Positions 23,301 through 35,100 of a stretch of DNA of 64,000 nt are shown piece by piece. The stretch comes from Chiloscyllium plagiosum (Eukaryota). The first letter of the stretch is position 1. Each line of letters begins with the position of its first letter. The position numbers and the translations under genes are program-made. The stretch spans positions 23,330,779 to 23,394,778 of the forward strand of contig NC_057710.1 in assembly GCF_004010195.1 (NCBI RefSeq). The letters run 5' to 3'. The notes beneath the pieces were generated by a model. That model was not told the origin of the DNA and searched no databases. It worked only from the letters and a program-made list of their open reading frames with translations.

Positions 23301-26300
23301 GGGAATTCCACAGATTGACAGCTCTCTGAGTGAAGAAGTTCCTCAACTCAGTCCTAAATCTGCTCCCCATTATTCTGAGGCTGTGCCCCTTGGTTCTAGT
23401 TTCACCCGCCAGTGGAAACAACCTCCCTATTCCCTTCAGAATTTGATATGTTTCTATAAGATTGTGGTCCTTCTTCTAAATGCTAATGAGTGAAGTCCCA
23501 TTTTACTGAACCTCTCCTCTTAACTCCAGAGTCAACCTAGTGACCCTCTTCTTGCACCCCCTCCAGTTCCTCCTTTCTCGAGTAAGCAGACTCTGGAATC
23601 TCCTCTCTCAGCCTCTCTACTGCCCTACAACACTCGGGCCTCAATTCTCAACGCATTTTAGGCCCCAGCCCTATTATCTCTCAATGTGGCTGGGCGCCAT
23701 TGACAACGCCTTGGCAGTTGTTGCGTGCTGCTACATAAATGCACTGTTATTTGTCCTCCTATAGTGGGGGGGGGGGAAGGTGAATGTGGAGGTTTACAAA
23801 CATGAAATAGCTTTGGTTTTGAAATGCCAGTATGAGCATTTTTATCTTGTTCCCTGCGAATGTTGGTGAATGGATTTGTGAGGAAGCTGGCCTGTCCCAA
23901 ATACCGGGGTCAGGCCGCTCCGAGTCTTTTCCATTAAAACCATTGGACGGGGTCAGACTGCAGGAAAATGTCACCCTGAAGTGTAAGGCTGCCGTGCATT
24001 TCCAATTGAGTTTGCAGCGCACAAGGAGACGCCTCCTGAGCAGGGTTTTATGTTGCTTTTCTTTTACTTAAAGCAAGGCAAAACTACTTTATTAATTCCC
24101 GTAGCCCCGCTTTCCCGTTTAACGTACAATTGCCTGTCTGAAAAGGGTGCATGAATACTGACAGTCCTCACTGGTTAACTGCAGAACTCCCTTGTGCTTG
24201 CCAATTTTACCAAAAACAAATCCTAAAGAACTGAGGATGTTGGAAATCAGAACCAAACACAGAAATTGCTGGAAAAACTCGGCAGCTCTGGCAGCATCGC
24301 TGGAGCGAAAACAGTTACCGTTTCGGGTCCGGTGGAGAAGGGGGGTAGATCCCAGCCTCGGGGGACTGTGTGGAGTTTGCACATTCTCCCCATGTCTGCA
24401 TGAGTTTCCTCCCACAGTCCAAAGATGTGCAGGTCAGGTGAATTGGCCATGCTAAATTGCTCATAGTGTCCAGGGATGTGTAGGTTAGGTGCATTAATTA
24501 GGGGATATGTAGGGTATTAGGTTAGGGGAATGGGTCTGGGTGAGATACTCTTCGGAGGGTAGGTGTGGACGTGTTGGGCTGAAGGCCCTGTTTCCACGCT
24601 GTAGGGATTCTATAATTCTATAAATGCTGCCGAGTTTTTCCAGTAATTTTTGGATTTTCGTTTGAATAGAAGAGTGTTCATTTCAGAAGACATCTTTACA
24701 AAACGGGGGCTGGCTTGGTTTTAATGGATGTGTTGGCAGAATAAATGAGGGCAATGTTGGCCCGACACGAGCTGTGGGTGGTGATGGGGAGAAGGGGGTG
24801 ATTAATATTGAAGGAGCTGGGATTCTTAACTTCTCTCCACTCGCTTGGAATAAAATCATGGTGTTGTCAATTTCTGAATTCTTACACGTGCCGTCAGTTG
24901 GGCCTTTAGTCTGAACTACTGCCCCGAGGAATTAAATGAGAGACAAGTTATTTATTTATTGCCGGGATAAATCTAAACCGTCATCTGCCGCAGATTGGAG
25001 AGATACCCAGCAAATTAGACAGTGGATAATCCCACCGAATTCTATGGTTATTTCAGATTTCGGCCAATCTTGCGATGTAATCCATAAATCAGTGGTTGTA
25101 ATTAATAGAAATCTTCCTGATACACACGCAGTGACTACACAGCAGCATCACTCCGATTAGGAACAGTTGCCTTGGTCGAGTGAAAGTCCCAGTGCTGAAT
25201 TTGTACAAGTATATGGTCATTTGTTTCGTGTTTTGTTTTCTGGGACCTTGATGGACCTTCCCAGCAATGCATCAGTGACCTTCCTGTCATTTATATAAGT
25301 GGGTTGGATGTGAATATAGGAAGAATGGTTGGTAAGTTTGCAGATGACACCAAAATTGAAGGTGTTGTGGACAGCGAAGAAGGTCATCTTAGTACCATGG
25401 ACCTTGATCAGATGGGCCAATGGGCCCCTGAGTGGCAGATGGAGTTTGATTCAGATAAATGTGAAGTGTTGCATTTTGGAAAGGCAAATCAGGGCAGGAC
25501 TTATACACTTAATGGGTAATATTGCCAGAGAAAGAGACCTTGGAGTACAGATTCATAATTCCTTGGATGTGGAGTCACAGTCGAAATGTGTGGCTCTGGA
25601 AAAGCACAACAGGTCAGGCAGCATGCTAGGAGCAGGAGAATCCACGTTTAGGGCATAAAGCCTTCATCAGGAATGTAGAGGGGGCTGAGAGATAAATAGG
25701 GGGTGGGGGTGGGGCTGGAGCTGGAGCTGGAGGGAGGTGCAAAATTGGAGGGTTGGATTTGGGATGAGGTTGGGGGAGAGGAGACTTGGAAACTGATGAA
25801 ATAAATGTTGATGCTGTGTGGTTGTAGGGTCCCAAGATGGAAGATGAAGCGTTCTTCCTCCAGGTGTCAGGTGGCTGGGATTTGATGGTGGAGGAGGCCC
25901 AGGACTTGCATGTCCTTGGTGGAGTTGGAAGGGGAGTTTAGATTCTCTACAGTGTGGAAACAGGCCCTTTGGCCCAACAAGTCCACACTGACCCTCCGAA
26001 GAGTAACCCACCCAGACCCGTTTCCCTCTGACTAATGCACCTAACACTACGGGCAATTTAGCATGGCCAATTCACCTGACCTGCACATCTTTGGACTGTG
26101 GGAGGAAACCGGAGCACCCAGAGGAAACCCACGCAGACACGGGGAGAATATGCAAGCTCCACACAGACAGTCACCCGAGGCTGGAATCGAACCTGGAACC
26201 CTGGCACTGTGAGGCAGCAGTGCTAACCACTGAGCCACCGTGCCGCCCAAAGTTGAACTGGTTAGACACAGGGCAGTGGGGTTGTTTGGTGCATATGTCC

Positions 26301-29049
26301 CAGAGATGTTCCCTGAAATGCTTCACGAGTTGGCGTTCTGTCTCCGTTGTAGAGGAGACCACATCAAGAGCAACAGACGCAGTAGATGAGGTAGATGGAT
26401 GTGCAGGAAAATCTCTGCTGGATGTGAAAATATCCTTTGGGGCCTTGGACAGAGTGGAGAGGGGGAGGCATGGAGTCACAGGTAGACAGGATAGTGAAGA
26501 AGGCTTTTGGTATGCCTGCCTTTATTGGTCAGTGCATTGAGTATCAGAGTTATGTCCTGTTGTGGCTGTACAGGACATTGGTTGCACCACTTTTGGAATA
26601 CTGCATTTGGTTCTAGTACAGGGAAGATGTTGTGAAACTTGAAAGTGTTCAGAAAAGATTTACAAGGATGTTGCCAAGGTTGAGGGAGAGGCTGAATAGG
26701 CTGGGGCTATTTTCCCTGAAGCCTCGGAGGCTGAGAGGCGACCTTATACAAGTTTATAAAATCATGAAGAGCATGGATAGGGTAAATTGACAAGGTTTTT
26801 TCCCTTACCAGTGAGTCCAAAACTAGAGGGTATTGTTTAAGGTGAGAGGGGAAAGATTTTAAAGGAATCTATGGGGCAGTATTTTCAAGCAGAGGCTGGT
26901 GCATGTATAGAATGAGTTGCCAGAGGAAGTGGAGGAGGCTGGTACAATTACAACATTTAAAAGGCATTTGGATGGGTGTATGAATAGAAAGGGTTTAGAG
27001 GAGTATGGGCCAAATGCTTTCAAATGGGACTCGATTAATTTAGGATATCTGGTTGGCATGGACAAATTGGACAGAAGGGTCTATTTCTGTGCTGTGCAGC
27101 TCTATGACTCTATGACCACACTTTTAACACACTTCTTTGAATAAAATATCCATCATAGGATGTATGTATCACTAGATAGGGCAGCATCTATTGCCTATCT
27201 GCAATTGTCCAGAGGGCAGTTAAGAGTCAACCACATTGCTGTAGGTTTAGAGTCACATATTGGCCAGACCAGATAACAATAGCAGATTTCCTTCCATAAA
27301 GGAATTTAGTGAACCAGTTTTTTAAACGTACATAAGAACAATTAACAGTGGTTACATTGTCGATAGCAGGCTGGCTTTTCATTCCAGATTTTATTGAAGT
27401 CAAATTTCACCATCTTAACAGGGTCGGAATCAGACTCATGTCCCCAGAACATTAACCTGAATGACCAGCCCAGTGACATGAATATTTCTTCCTTCATTGC
27501 CTGTAAAACAAACTTAGAGAGTGTCTGCAGCAATAAGTTCCTGACAGTCAAGGGGACCACATGTGTCAACAAATCTGTGAACAGATAAACAGGTAGAATC
27601 CTTTAGACCAAGAGGCAGGTGCCTGATCTGAGCAGAGGGGAAGGGTTGGGAGGGTTCAAGTTTTGATTTAACTAATTGAATTAGAGGCTCGAGCTCTGTC
27701 TAGCAAGAGAGTCAGAAGTTACAGGACACCCAGTTATAATCCAACAGATTTATTTGAAATCACAAGCTTTTGGAGCTCTGCTCCTTCATCAGGAGATTCA
27801 ACAGTGGAAATTTATGTGGAGTCTGAAAAACGACAATAATATTAATCACGAGTGAGGGGCATTATATCTGCAATTAGCCTTAGTCTTTCTCATGCTCTCA
27901 TTTTCCTCTATTCCTAAAGGTTTATAAAATCTAGCATATTTTGTATTTTTCTAAGTAACATGAACCTAAATGGAGTCATAGAGATGTACAGCAACTTTTC
28001 CATGAGGTCGAGTAGCGGTCATCAGGAACAGACACATTTTCAGGCTCTCCTCGTCTTGGTCTGAAAACAACAAATTCTGGAGATCACAGCGGGTCTTACA
28101 GCATCCATTGAGATAGAGCAAGCTAACATTTCAAGTTTAGATGACTCATCATCGGAGTTCATCTAGACTGAAACATTAGCTTGCTTTCTCTCCACGGGTG
28201 CTTCTGATCCACTGTGATCTCCAGCTTTCGTTGTTTTCAATACAGATTCCAACGTCTGCATTAATTTGCTCTCGCTTTGGTTTGACCCTGGATGGTTTCA
28301 AGGTCTGGAAGATGACAGAGCCATTACGGAAAGGAGTGCAAATAGGAACTGACATCCAGGCTGACAGCTCACTGACAATAATCTGAATCGAAAGTCAATG
28401 ACTTTCTCACCGGGAGTTCAAAGATTCCCAAACCATGGGATTGCCTTGTGGTGTTGCGTGGACAATGTGTCAGTTTTGCTCAAGAGTGCTTTGTCTTGTG
28501 CTGTACCGAGTAAGGGATTTGCTGCTGTTTGCTTTGCAGGGTACGTGTGTAGCTGGAGTATCTGGGGCTCTCTGACTGCCTGCAACCTCCTGCTCCTGTC
28601 CTCCATTGCCTTTGTTGTCATCAAACACAAGATCCAGAGTAAGCGCCAAAAGCTGTCTCGTGTGTCTGCGTGTGTGTAATTGTGCGTGTGTGTCTGTGAA
28701 TGTGTGTGTGACTGTCTGAGTGTGTGTCTGAGTGTGATTGTCTGTGAGTGTGTATGTCTGTGAATGTGTGTGATTGAGTGTGTCTGCGAATGTGTGATTG
28801 TGTGTGTCTGAGTGTGATTGTCTGAGTGTGTCTGTAGTGCGTGTCTGAGTGTGTGTCTGTGAGTATGTGTGTAAGACTGCCTGTGAGTGTGTGTGTGATT
28901 GTCTCTGTGAGTGTATGTATTAACCTCGTCATTGCTACATTGCACTCACCTGTGGAGTATTTAGTTATTTATTTAATTGGGCGGCCTCTCTTTCTCTTCC
29001 ATTTCTAGAATCCCGGAGGCGATGTCCCCACCAGTTTCGGAAAAGGTAA
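20316..29049 (+). CDS. cd8b: T-cell coreceptor CD8 chain, most like CD8 beta; spliced CDS join(20316-20361,20905-21252,21971-22078,28540-28638,29009-29049), 213 aa
   Basis: Seen: four GT-AG introns, all phase 1, give an open 642-nt frame: MHLLGYIWMLSCWMKSAQAETILQQTPREILAAKGENVELTC...VFWYK...DNGTYYCLMLSSYFVSLGGGSVVTVVPERKIVTSPPPTTKRHRIHHFNYPKVRNKKQTWNHGYVCSWSIWGSLTACNLLLLSSIAFVVIKHKIQKSRRRCPHQFRKR*. Knowledge: leader/V/stalk/TM/cytoplasmic exon layout, a Cys-x3-4-Trp TM start and a cytoplasmic CxH are CD8 hallmarks in fish. LQQTP N-terminus, RDA in the D strand, short stalk, GxxCS before the TM and a short tail favour beta over alpha. Alpha is not excluded. Confidence 0.8.
20905..21252 (+). 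CDS. CD8 exon 2 (V-set Ig domain with joined J-like G strand)
   Basis: Acceptor gtgcag|; B-strand Cys (ELTC), C-strand Trp (FWYK), DxGxYYC, GGGSVVTV; donor G|GTAAGA at 21253. Confidence 0.93.
21675..21854. mobile_element. Fold-back element of the 10307 family in CD8 intron 2
   Basis: Same aaaatcacacaacaccagg arms; TSD tcaag(t/c)ctaacaaagt at 21659-21674 and 21855-21870; hammerhead core on the minus strand at about 21728-21762. Confidence 0.8.
21971..22078 (+). CDS. CD8 exon 3 (stalk/hinge)
   Basis: Acceptor ttgtttcag|, donor G|GTAAGA at 22079, 108 nt, phase 1-1; Pro/Thr-rich TSPPPTTK followed by a basic stretch. Confidence 0.85.
22190..22530. mobile_element. Nested Penelope-terminus elements in CD8 intron 3
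   Basis: Inner element flanked by TSD tttctctccagacct, sitting inside an outer palindromic element (agagttaacgtttcgggtcc...ggacccgaaacgtcaactct). Confidence 0.75.
22429..22460 (+). ncRNA. Minimal hammerhead ribozyme motif (sense to CD8 pre-mRNA)
   Basis: tc-CTGATGA-a-gggc(gttt)gccc-GAAA-cgtc-ga; stem I only about 2 bp. Confidence 0.55.
23095..23570 (-). mobile_element. CR1 LINE 3' fragment
   Basis: Closely similar to 40740-41400. Confidence 0.8.
24349..24622 (+). mobile_element. HE1-type SINE (5' truncated)
   Basis: Central domain tgtgtggagtttgcacattctcccc and 3' tail. Confidence 0.85.
25580..26468 (-). mobile_element. Penelope-like element 3' part (GIY-YIG remnant)
   Basis: ETERQLVKHFREH remnant, hammerhead-type terminus, TSD tggagtcacag on both sides. 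Confidence 0.75.
25938..26248 (-). mobile_element. HE1-type SINE, full length
   Basis: tRNA A/B boxes on the minus strand, central domain, tail. Confidence 0.9.
28540..28638 (+). CDS. CD8 exon 4 (transmembrane)
   Basis: Acceptor tttgcag|, donor A|GTAAGC, 99 nt, phase 1-1; GYVCSWSIWGSLTACNLLLLSSIAFVVIKHKIQ. Confidence 0.88.
28658..28920 (+). repeat. Degenerate (TG)n microsatellite with recurring longer units
   Basis: tgtgtgattgtctgagtgtgtgtctg-like units filling most of CD8 intron 4. Confidence 0.95.
29009..29049 (+). CDS. CD8 exon 5 (cytoplasmic tail, CxH motif)
   Basis: Strong polypyrimidine acceptor ctctctttctcttccatttctag|; KSRRRCPHQFRKR then TAA at 29047, which overlaps a possible donor AG|GTAAAG at 29046. 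Confidence 0.87.
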
Positions 29050-29561
29050 AGACAATCCTTTCTTTTTGTCACCGCTTACCAGGGAGGCTCAGAGAGTGGG
29101 CCATAGCGGATTGCCCTGATTAAGTGTAAACATGCACGTTGCTTCGCTTCACTGATACTGTATTTGTTAGCGAAAGCTCCCTTTAACCGAGCGGCAACAC
29201 GTTGAGTCAGGTTTGGTCCTGTTTGGTCTCGGTTTGTGCGAATACCCGCTCATCGCTGTTTCAAACCCGATTGCACATTGATTTTAATTAGACAAGATGA
29301 GAACCTCTGAGCACCTTAAAATAAGCGGAGACGCCGCTTCTGCACAGTCAGACAGGGTCAGCTCAGGAGCTGTTTTATTCTAATGCAGAGACTGATTCCA
29401 AGTTCTAACTCCACTCTGTGTTGGAGGTTGTTCACGTCTAGTCTGAACGGTTTCGGCCTGTTAGAAATTTAACATCAAGGTCATTATGTTTAAAGAAAAA
29501 AACAACAAAGGAGAGCGGATGCTGGAAATCAGAAGCGAAAACAGAAATTATTGGAAAAAGA

Positions 29562-29862
29562 GGCGGCATGGTGGATCAGTGGTTAGCACCACAGTGCCAG
29601 GAACCCGGGTTCGATTCCCAGCTCGAGTGACCGTCTATGTGGGGTTTGTGCGGCTTCCCTCCGGGTGCTCCGATTTCCTCCCACAGTAGACCAAGATGTG
29701 CAGGTTGGGTGAATTGGCCGTGCTAAATTGCCCGCAGTGTTAGGTGCATTAGTCAGGGGTAAATATACGATAGGGGAATGGGTCTGGGTGGGTTACGCTT
29801 CAAAGGGTTGGTGTGGACTTGTTGGGCCGAAGGGCCTGATTCTACACTGTAGGGAATCTAAT
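29562..29862 (+). mobile_element. HE1-type SINE
   Basis: ggcggcatggtggatcagtggttagcac, B box ggttcgattccc, tail. Confidence 0.88.
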
Positions 29863-29971
29863 CATCAAATCTTTTGAGGTCTGGCAGCATCTGTGGAGAT
29901 AAATCAGAATTAACGTTTCAGGTCCAATAACCCTTCTTCGGAATTCAGTTTTTACAGCAATTTCTAATTAT

Positions 29972-30320
29972 TGAGTCATGAACATGTACAGCACCGACAG
30001 ACCATTTGGACCAACTCGTCCATGTGTACCAGATATCCTGAATTAATCGAGACCCATTTGCAAGCATTTGACCTATATCCTTCCTATTCATTATAACCAT
30101 CCAGGTGCCTGTTAAATGTTATAATTGTACTAGCCTCCACCACTTCCTCTGACAGCTCATTCCATACATGCGCCACTCTCTGTGTGAAAAAGTTGCCCCA
30201 TAGATTCCTTTTGCATTTTTCTCCTCTCACCCTAAACCAATGTACTCTAGTTTTGGACTCCTCTATCCTAGGGAATAGACCATGGCCATTTATCCTATCC
30301 ATGCTCCTCATGATTAAAAA
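29972..30320 (-). mobile_element. CR1 3' fragment
   Basis: NFFTQRVAHVWNELSEEVVEA. Confidence 0.85.
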
Positions 30321-30719
30321 CATGCATGTGGTTGTTTAGAAAGAAGAGCACTTGTCTGTCAGGTTGAGGGATAAAGATTTAACCAGGAGACTGGGGAGAG
30401 ACCCCTTGGAATCCCAAAAACTGCAGGAGAGATGCCCTGCTCTCGGCACATAGTGCAAGGTGTCATTTCAGTACTGAGGGAGCTAACCATGACTTTTAGT
30501 TTTACTATGATCCGGTGGATCCCAGTGCACAAATTACACATGTATTTGTACCTTTAATGCTCTGAGTGTCAGCCAATGTGGTACTTTTAAGGTTAGTCAT
30601 TTTTGTAATGGGGTGGGTCAGCTGATCTGCCCACACAGCATGCTCCACTTGAGGCCAGATCATTATTTTGGATGTTGGTGACGTTGGGAGAGGGATTATT
30701 TTAGGCCTGATCAGTGTGG

Positions 30720-32190
30720 AATTATATGAAATTTAGTTTTGGATGGGGAATGGTGAGCTAATTAAATTTGCTCACAAGAACAGAAAAACAGAATATTTTG
30801 AAAGGGAGTGAAATTTGTTAATGTTGATGTTTGGAGAGACTTGGTCATGCTAACTCAGGGAATGCAGTAAAACCCAGGTGCAGAAACAATTAGGAAGGTC
30901 CATGGCATGTAAGCCTTTTTCCCAGTTGGGGTACAGGAATGAAGAATCTTGTTAGATTTGTTCAGGGCTTTTGTGTGACCATGGCTACAATATTGAAGAA
31001 CACTTAATGGGGGTAAAATTGGTTAGTATAATCCCACATCACCTCTTCTTGAGAACAGCTAACAAATGAAGGATAATTCAGACAACTAACTGGTCAGGGG
31101 CAGGCTTTCCACAGGATCAAGGAGCATAGGGGCGGAAATGCTGAAAGCTTCAGCCATTCAAGACAAGCTGAAGTTGGTCTAGATAGGGGATCCAAATGAG
31201 GCCTTGGTCCACCGAGGAAGGTCTATACGATGACTTCGGATTTTGGGCTAGGGAGTGAGATTTGGCAGCAAGGCAGGACCCATGTTCTCCCACCAGTGAA
31301 GCTAGTTATTGGAACCAAGTGCCTTCAAATGAGCAATCAGACAACCCCCTCCTTCACAACCTCCCCCACAACAATCCATCCTGGAAGCCTGCAACCAATA
31401 TGCCAGCATTTATGTTTCAAACCTCCCACACATGGTGAGGCTGCTACATTGAGTGGATGGAAACCGTTAGTGATGGAATGAACCCTTTCAGTGAGCATTA
31501 ATCGGCTAGTTCAAGGCTTCAACTGGCAACAAGATGGAAGGGCTGTCCACAAGCCTTCCCTCCACAGACATAATTGTGGCAGTGCTGGAAAGGCATCTCC
31601 ATCCACTGCCCTCCTAATTTGTTAAATGCATTCTTGCTCCCAAATGCAGTCTGCAGAGGGGGTCATTAATTCTGCCCACTGTGTGGAGGTTTGATCTCCC
31701 TTTTTAAGGAAGAATGTACTTCGTTTGGAGGCAGTGCACTGAAGGTTTGTTACATTGCTCCTTGGGATGAGAGCACTGTCCTCTGATGAGAAGCTGAGTA
31801 AATGGGGCCAATATTCTCTGGAGTTCAGAAGAATGAAAGGTGATCTCATTGAGACATTCTTGATTCTGATGGTGTGTGACAGGATTGACATTAAGAGGCT
31901 TTATCTGCTAACTGAGGAACCTAAAAAGACAGTCTCAGGCTACAGCAACAATCATCATGAGACCAGGAGAAATGTCTTCACTACAGGGTTGTGAATCTTT
32001 GGAAATATCTGTACTGAGGATGTTCCAGTGTTGAACATATTTAAGAGTATTGCACTCTCCAGGAATCGAGGGATATAGGGAGGGGTACTGGAAATTGACC
32101 AAATTCCAGGGTGTGCCACAATCATATGAAATAACAGAGCAAGCTTCTCGGGCTGTTCGGTCTATTCTTACTTCTAGTTCCCATGTTCAG
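30720..32190 (+). mobile_element. Old CR1 fragments with an interrupting repeat
   Basis: YSLEFRRMKGDLIETF peptide at 31755-31994; boundaries approximate. Confidence 0.65.
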
Positions 32191-35100
32191 ATGTTCTCCT
32201 TCAACAATTAATTTTGTTAAAGCAAGAGCTAATATCTTAGTTGTGAGGAATAGTGAATGTTATTTTTGTAAGTGTTATTTCTGTCAGAAAAAAGTATGAA
32301 TCTTGTCTATTAGTAGATTTCAACATGCCTGCTGTCTATAAAAAAAAATTCCAGGCTAGTATTCTCTTCTATTCTTTCATATTACACTCTGAGCCCTGTG
32401 TTTATTCATTTGAATCAAATTGTAAGGAGCAAATTGTTCATATGGTGGAGTTTGATAGCAATAATAAAATCCTAACCATTATTGTTATCACTAGAAACTA
32501 AATTAAATACAATAAAATCTGCACTAGTACCGTAGCTGATGTAAAAATGCAATCTTTTGTTGACTTTTACAGATTTGGTTTACATTATCTCAGCTCAATA
32601 TCTATTACAGTATTTGCCAGAAGTTGTCAAATTATTTTACAACAAAATTGATTATGAATTTACTGATCCCTTTTTATAATATTATCATCTTGAAATTATA
32701 ACTATGCTTAAAGTACTTTGATCATTCAATTAAAGATACATTTTATTCTGATTCAACCATCATAATTATTTACTAATTCAATAACCATATGGTTTCTGAA
32801 CAGGGTTAAGTAAATTATATTCTAGTGATCTTGTCCCTATGGCTGCCAGAATACTTCATTGCCAAAACTTATCACTTTATGAGCACTGAAACCCACCCAT
32901 ATAAGAGATGCCTTTCTAATGAGAGGGACAGTAGTACATAAGAATTCTTGAACTTGCTTATAATTATCTTCATGTTGCTTGTATTTCATTTTAGCTGACA
33001 TCACGTAGCAATAAGGAAATGAAATTATTATAGTTAGATATCATCCTCTAAAAGAGGAGCAGACATGGTTAAAAGCGATTTCAGTAATTTTAGCATAGGC
33101 ACCCTGCATTTCATGACTTCCTACTCACAAATTTCTGTGATTCTACTATGTTCTGGATATATTTCTACACACAATAAACACTATAAAACCTGAGATAATA
33201 GGCCAACATGTCAAGGGCCTTATTCATAATTTTTCTGGGATTAATGAGAGTTGCTTACAATTTTTTTTTAATCATTATGATAGAAGATACAGGTTAACTA
33301 TTGTTCTGTCTAAGGGTAAAAAGAATATCAGCATGACAAGTGTAATTAAAGTATTTTAAGTACATATTTTATATTTGTTTAATTATAACTTATTCATAAT
33401 GTAGTTCTGATATCACACATAGAACTATTACTGAAGTAGTAATCTCAAACTACCAAAGGAAACACAGAACAACAATTTTGTTTTAACTTAAAGCTCTTCT
33501 TTAACACATTTTTGTTCTTATTTGCCCTTTTTAATTCCATTCTGTTTTCCTCCATTCTCTTTTCTACCATTTTGCTTTGATTCTTACCATTACAAAAAGC
33601 TGACAGTTAAAACAGTTGCTCTCTGAATGGTTGCATTTTCTTTCCATTAACTGATTCCGTTGTGAAGGAGACAGTTATAAAATACCAGCTTTCAAAAAAA
33701 TCATAATTCCGTGACAGAAAGCAGAATTGAACTTAACTCTCAATGATTACTTTGTGTCTAAGTAATACATTCAGTACTGTACTGTCACATTGCAGTCACT
33801 ACAAAATTATAGTTAATTGTATGGATTACCTTGAGATGTTGTGGTGTGATAACGTGCTGTATGCAAGTTATTATATGTAGTTTCCATCGTTGTGGTTGCA
33901 GGCACTTTGAAAAGATTGGCTTTGCTTTGTTAACATCTGTCTTTGAAAAATCGATTCTTGTGCATTGCAAAGATGATTATTTCATTGTCATGTTACGATA
34001 AACTTTGACACAATTTTCCACAATTAGGCACATAAGTGATCTCATTTGACTGATTAAATCAGCCATGGGGTTTATGTCATGTACAGAAGAACCCATGTAT
34101 CTCATAAAGTACAGGTTCAATTAAAACAGACTGCTGCCAGTGACTAAAAATTGCACATAGGTTGAAACAATAATAGCAATCATTATATATGAATCTCTAA
34201 TATGTTTACATAAATTAGCATTATGTAATGTTTTACAAGGCTTGAAACACCTGCATGGTGAGTTTCAGCTGACCAATATACACATGTTAATATCATGAAT
34301 CTGTCAAACATTGTTTTTTTTCATGACATTCCTTAATTCTGTAAAATAGCTAGTAATGAATTTAACACTAAAATACTGATTGCATTCTATTTAAATGATA
34401 GCAATATTTTAAATTAATAATTGATAATTTCTTAAGGTAAAAGTGGATTTATTACCTGCCTGTGTTCAAAATACACTCCTAGTCCATTTTAAATAATATA
34501 TATAATGAATTTTTAAAATGCCAGTGCATCGGCTATCTTCTGGAAATTATAATATTTTTGATCATGAAACAAGATTGCAGTTGAATGAAACCAGTTATAA
34601 TCAGTCCCACTTTCTCGAAATGACTTGTAACCTCAATGTGAAATTGAGAACAGAAATCTAAAAGGTGTTACGAAGTTTCCATTTTTTTTAACAATAACTT
34701 AATTGCTCTTTTTAATGATTGAGACAGTAAATGTGCTAAATCCCACAGAAAGACACTATGTTAACTGAGAAACCTGTTAAATGGCTCAGGAGTTTTACGG
34801 GATCAAAATATAGTTAAATGTTTTACCACTCTGCTTGTCTCTTAAACTAGAATACATTCCATTACAGAGCATTGAAAGTATTTGTTTGGTTTGTAACTTG
34901 AAAATACATTTCTTCATTATATATCAGATTCATGCGAAGTATTTTTGCCAATTAACCTATTAATTCCACTATCTTATGTATGAACATTTCAAACAAAAAA
35001 AAATCTGTAAACAAAATGTTTTGACTAATACAATGATCTGGAAAATATTATTTTTGAGAATGTCTATGTTCATAAAAAATGAGGTGCTATAAGGAAACTG

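Larger units (their letters stand above)
25270..27115 (+). mobile_element. CR1 LINE fragment hosting Penelope and HE1 inserts
   Basis: KFADDTKI RT motif, WQMEF, 3' tail ctctatgactctatga. Confidence 0.85.

Noticed and set aside
28418-28945. His/Thr-rich 175-aa minus-strand ORF
   Set aside because: Translation of the (CA)n-like repeat, antisense to the CD8 TM exon
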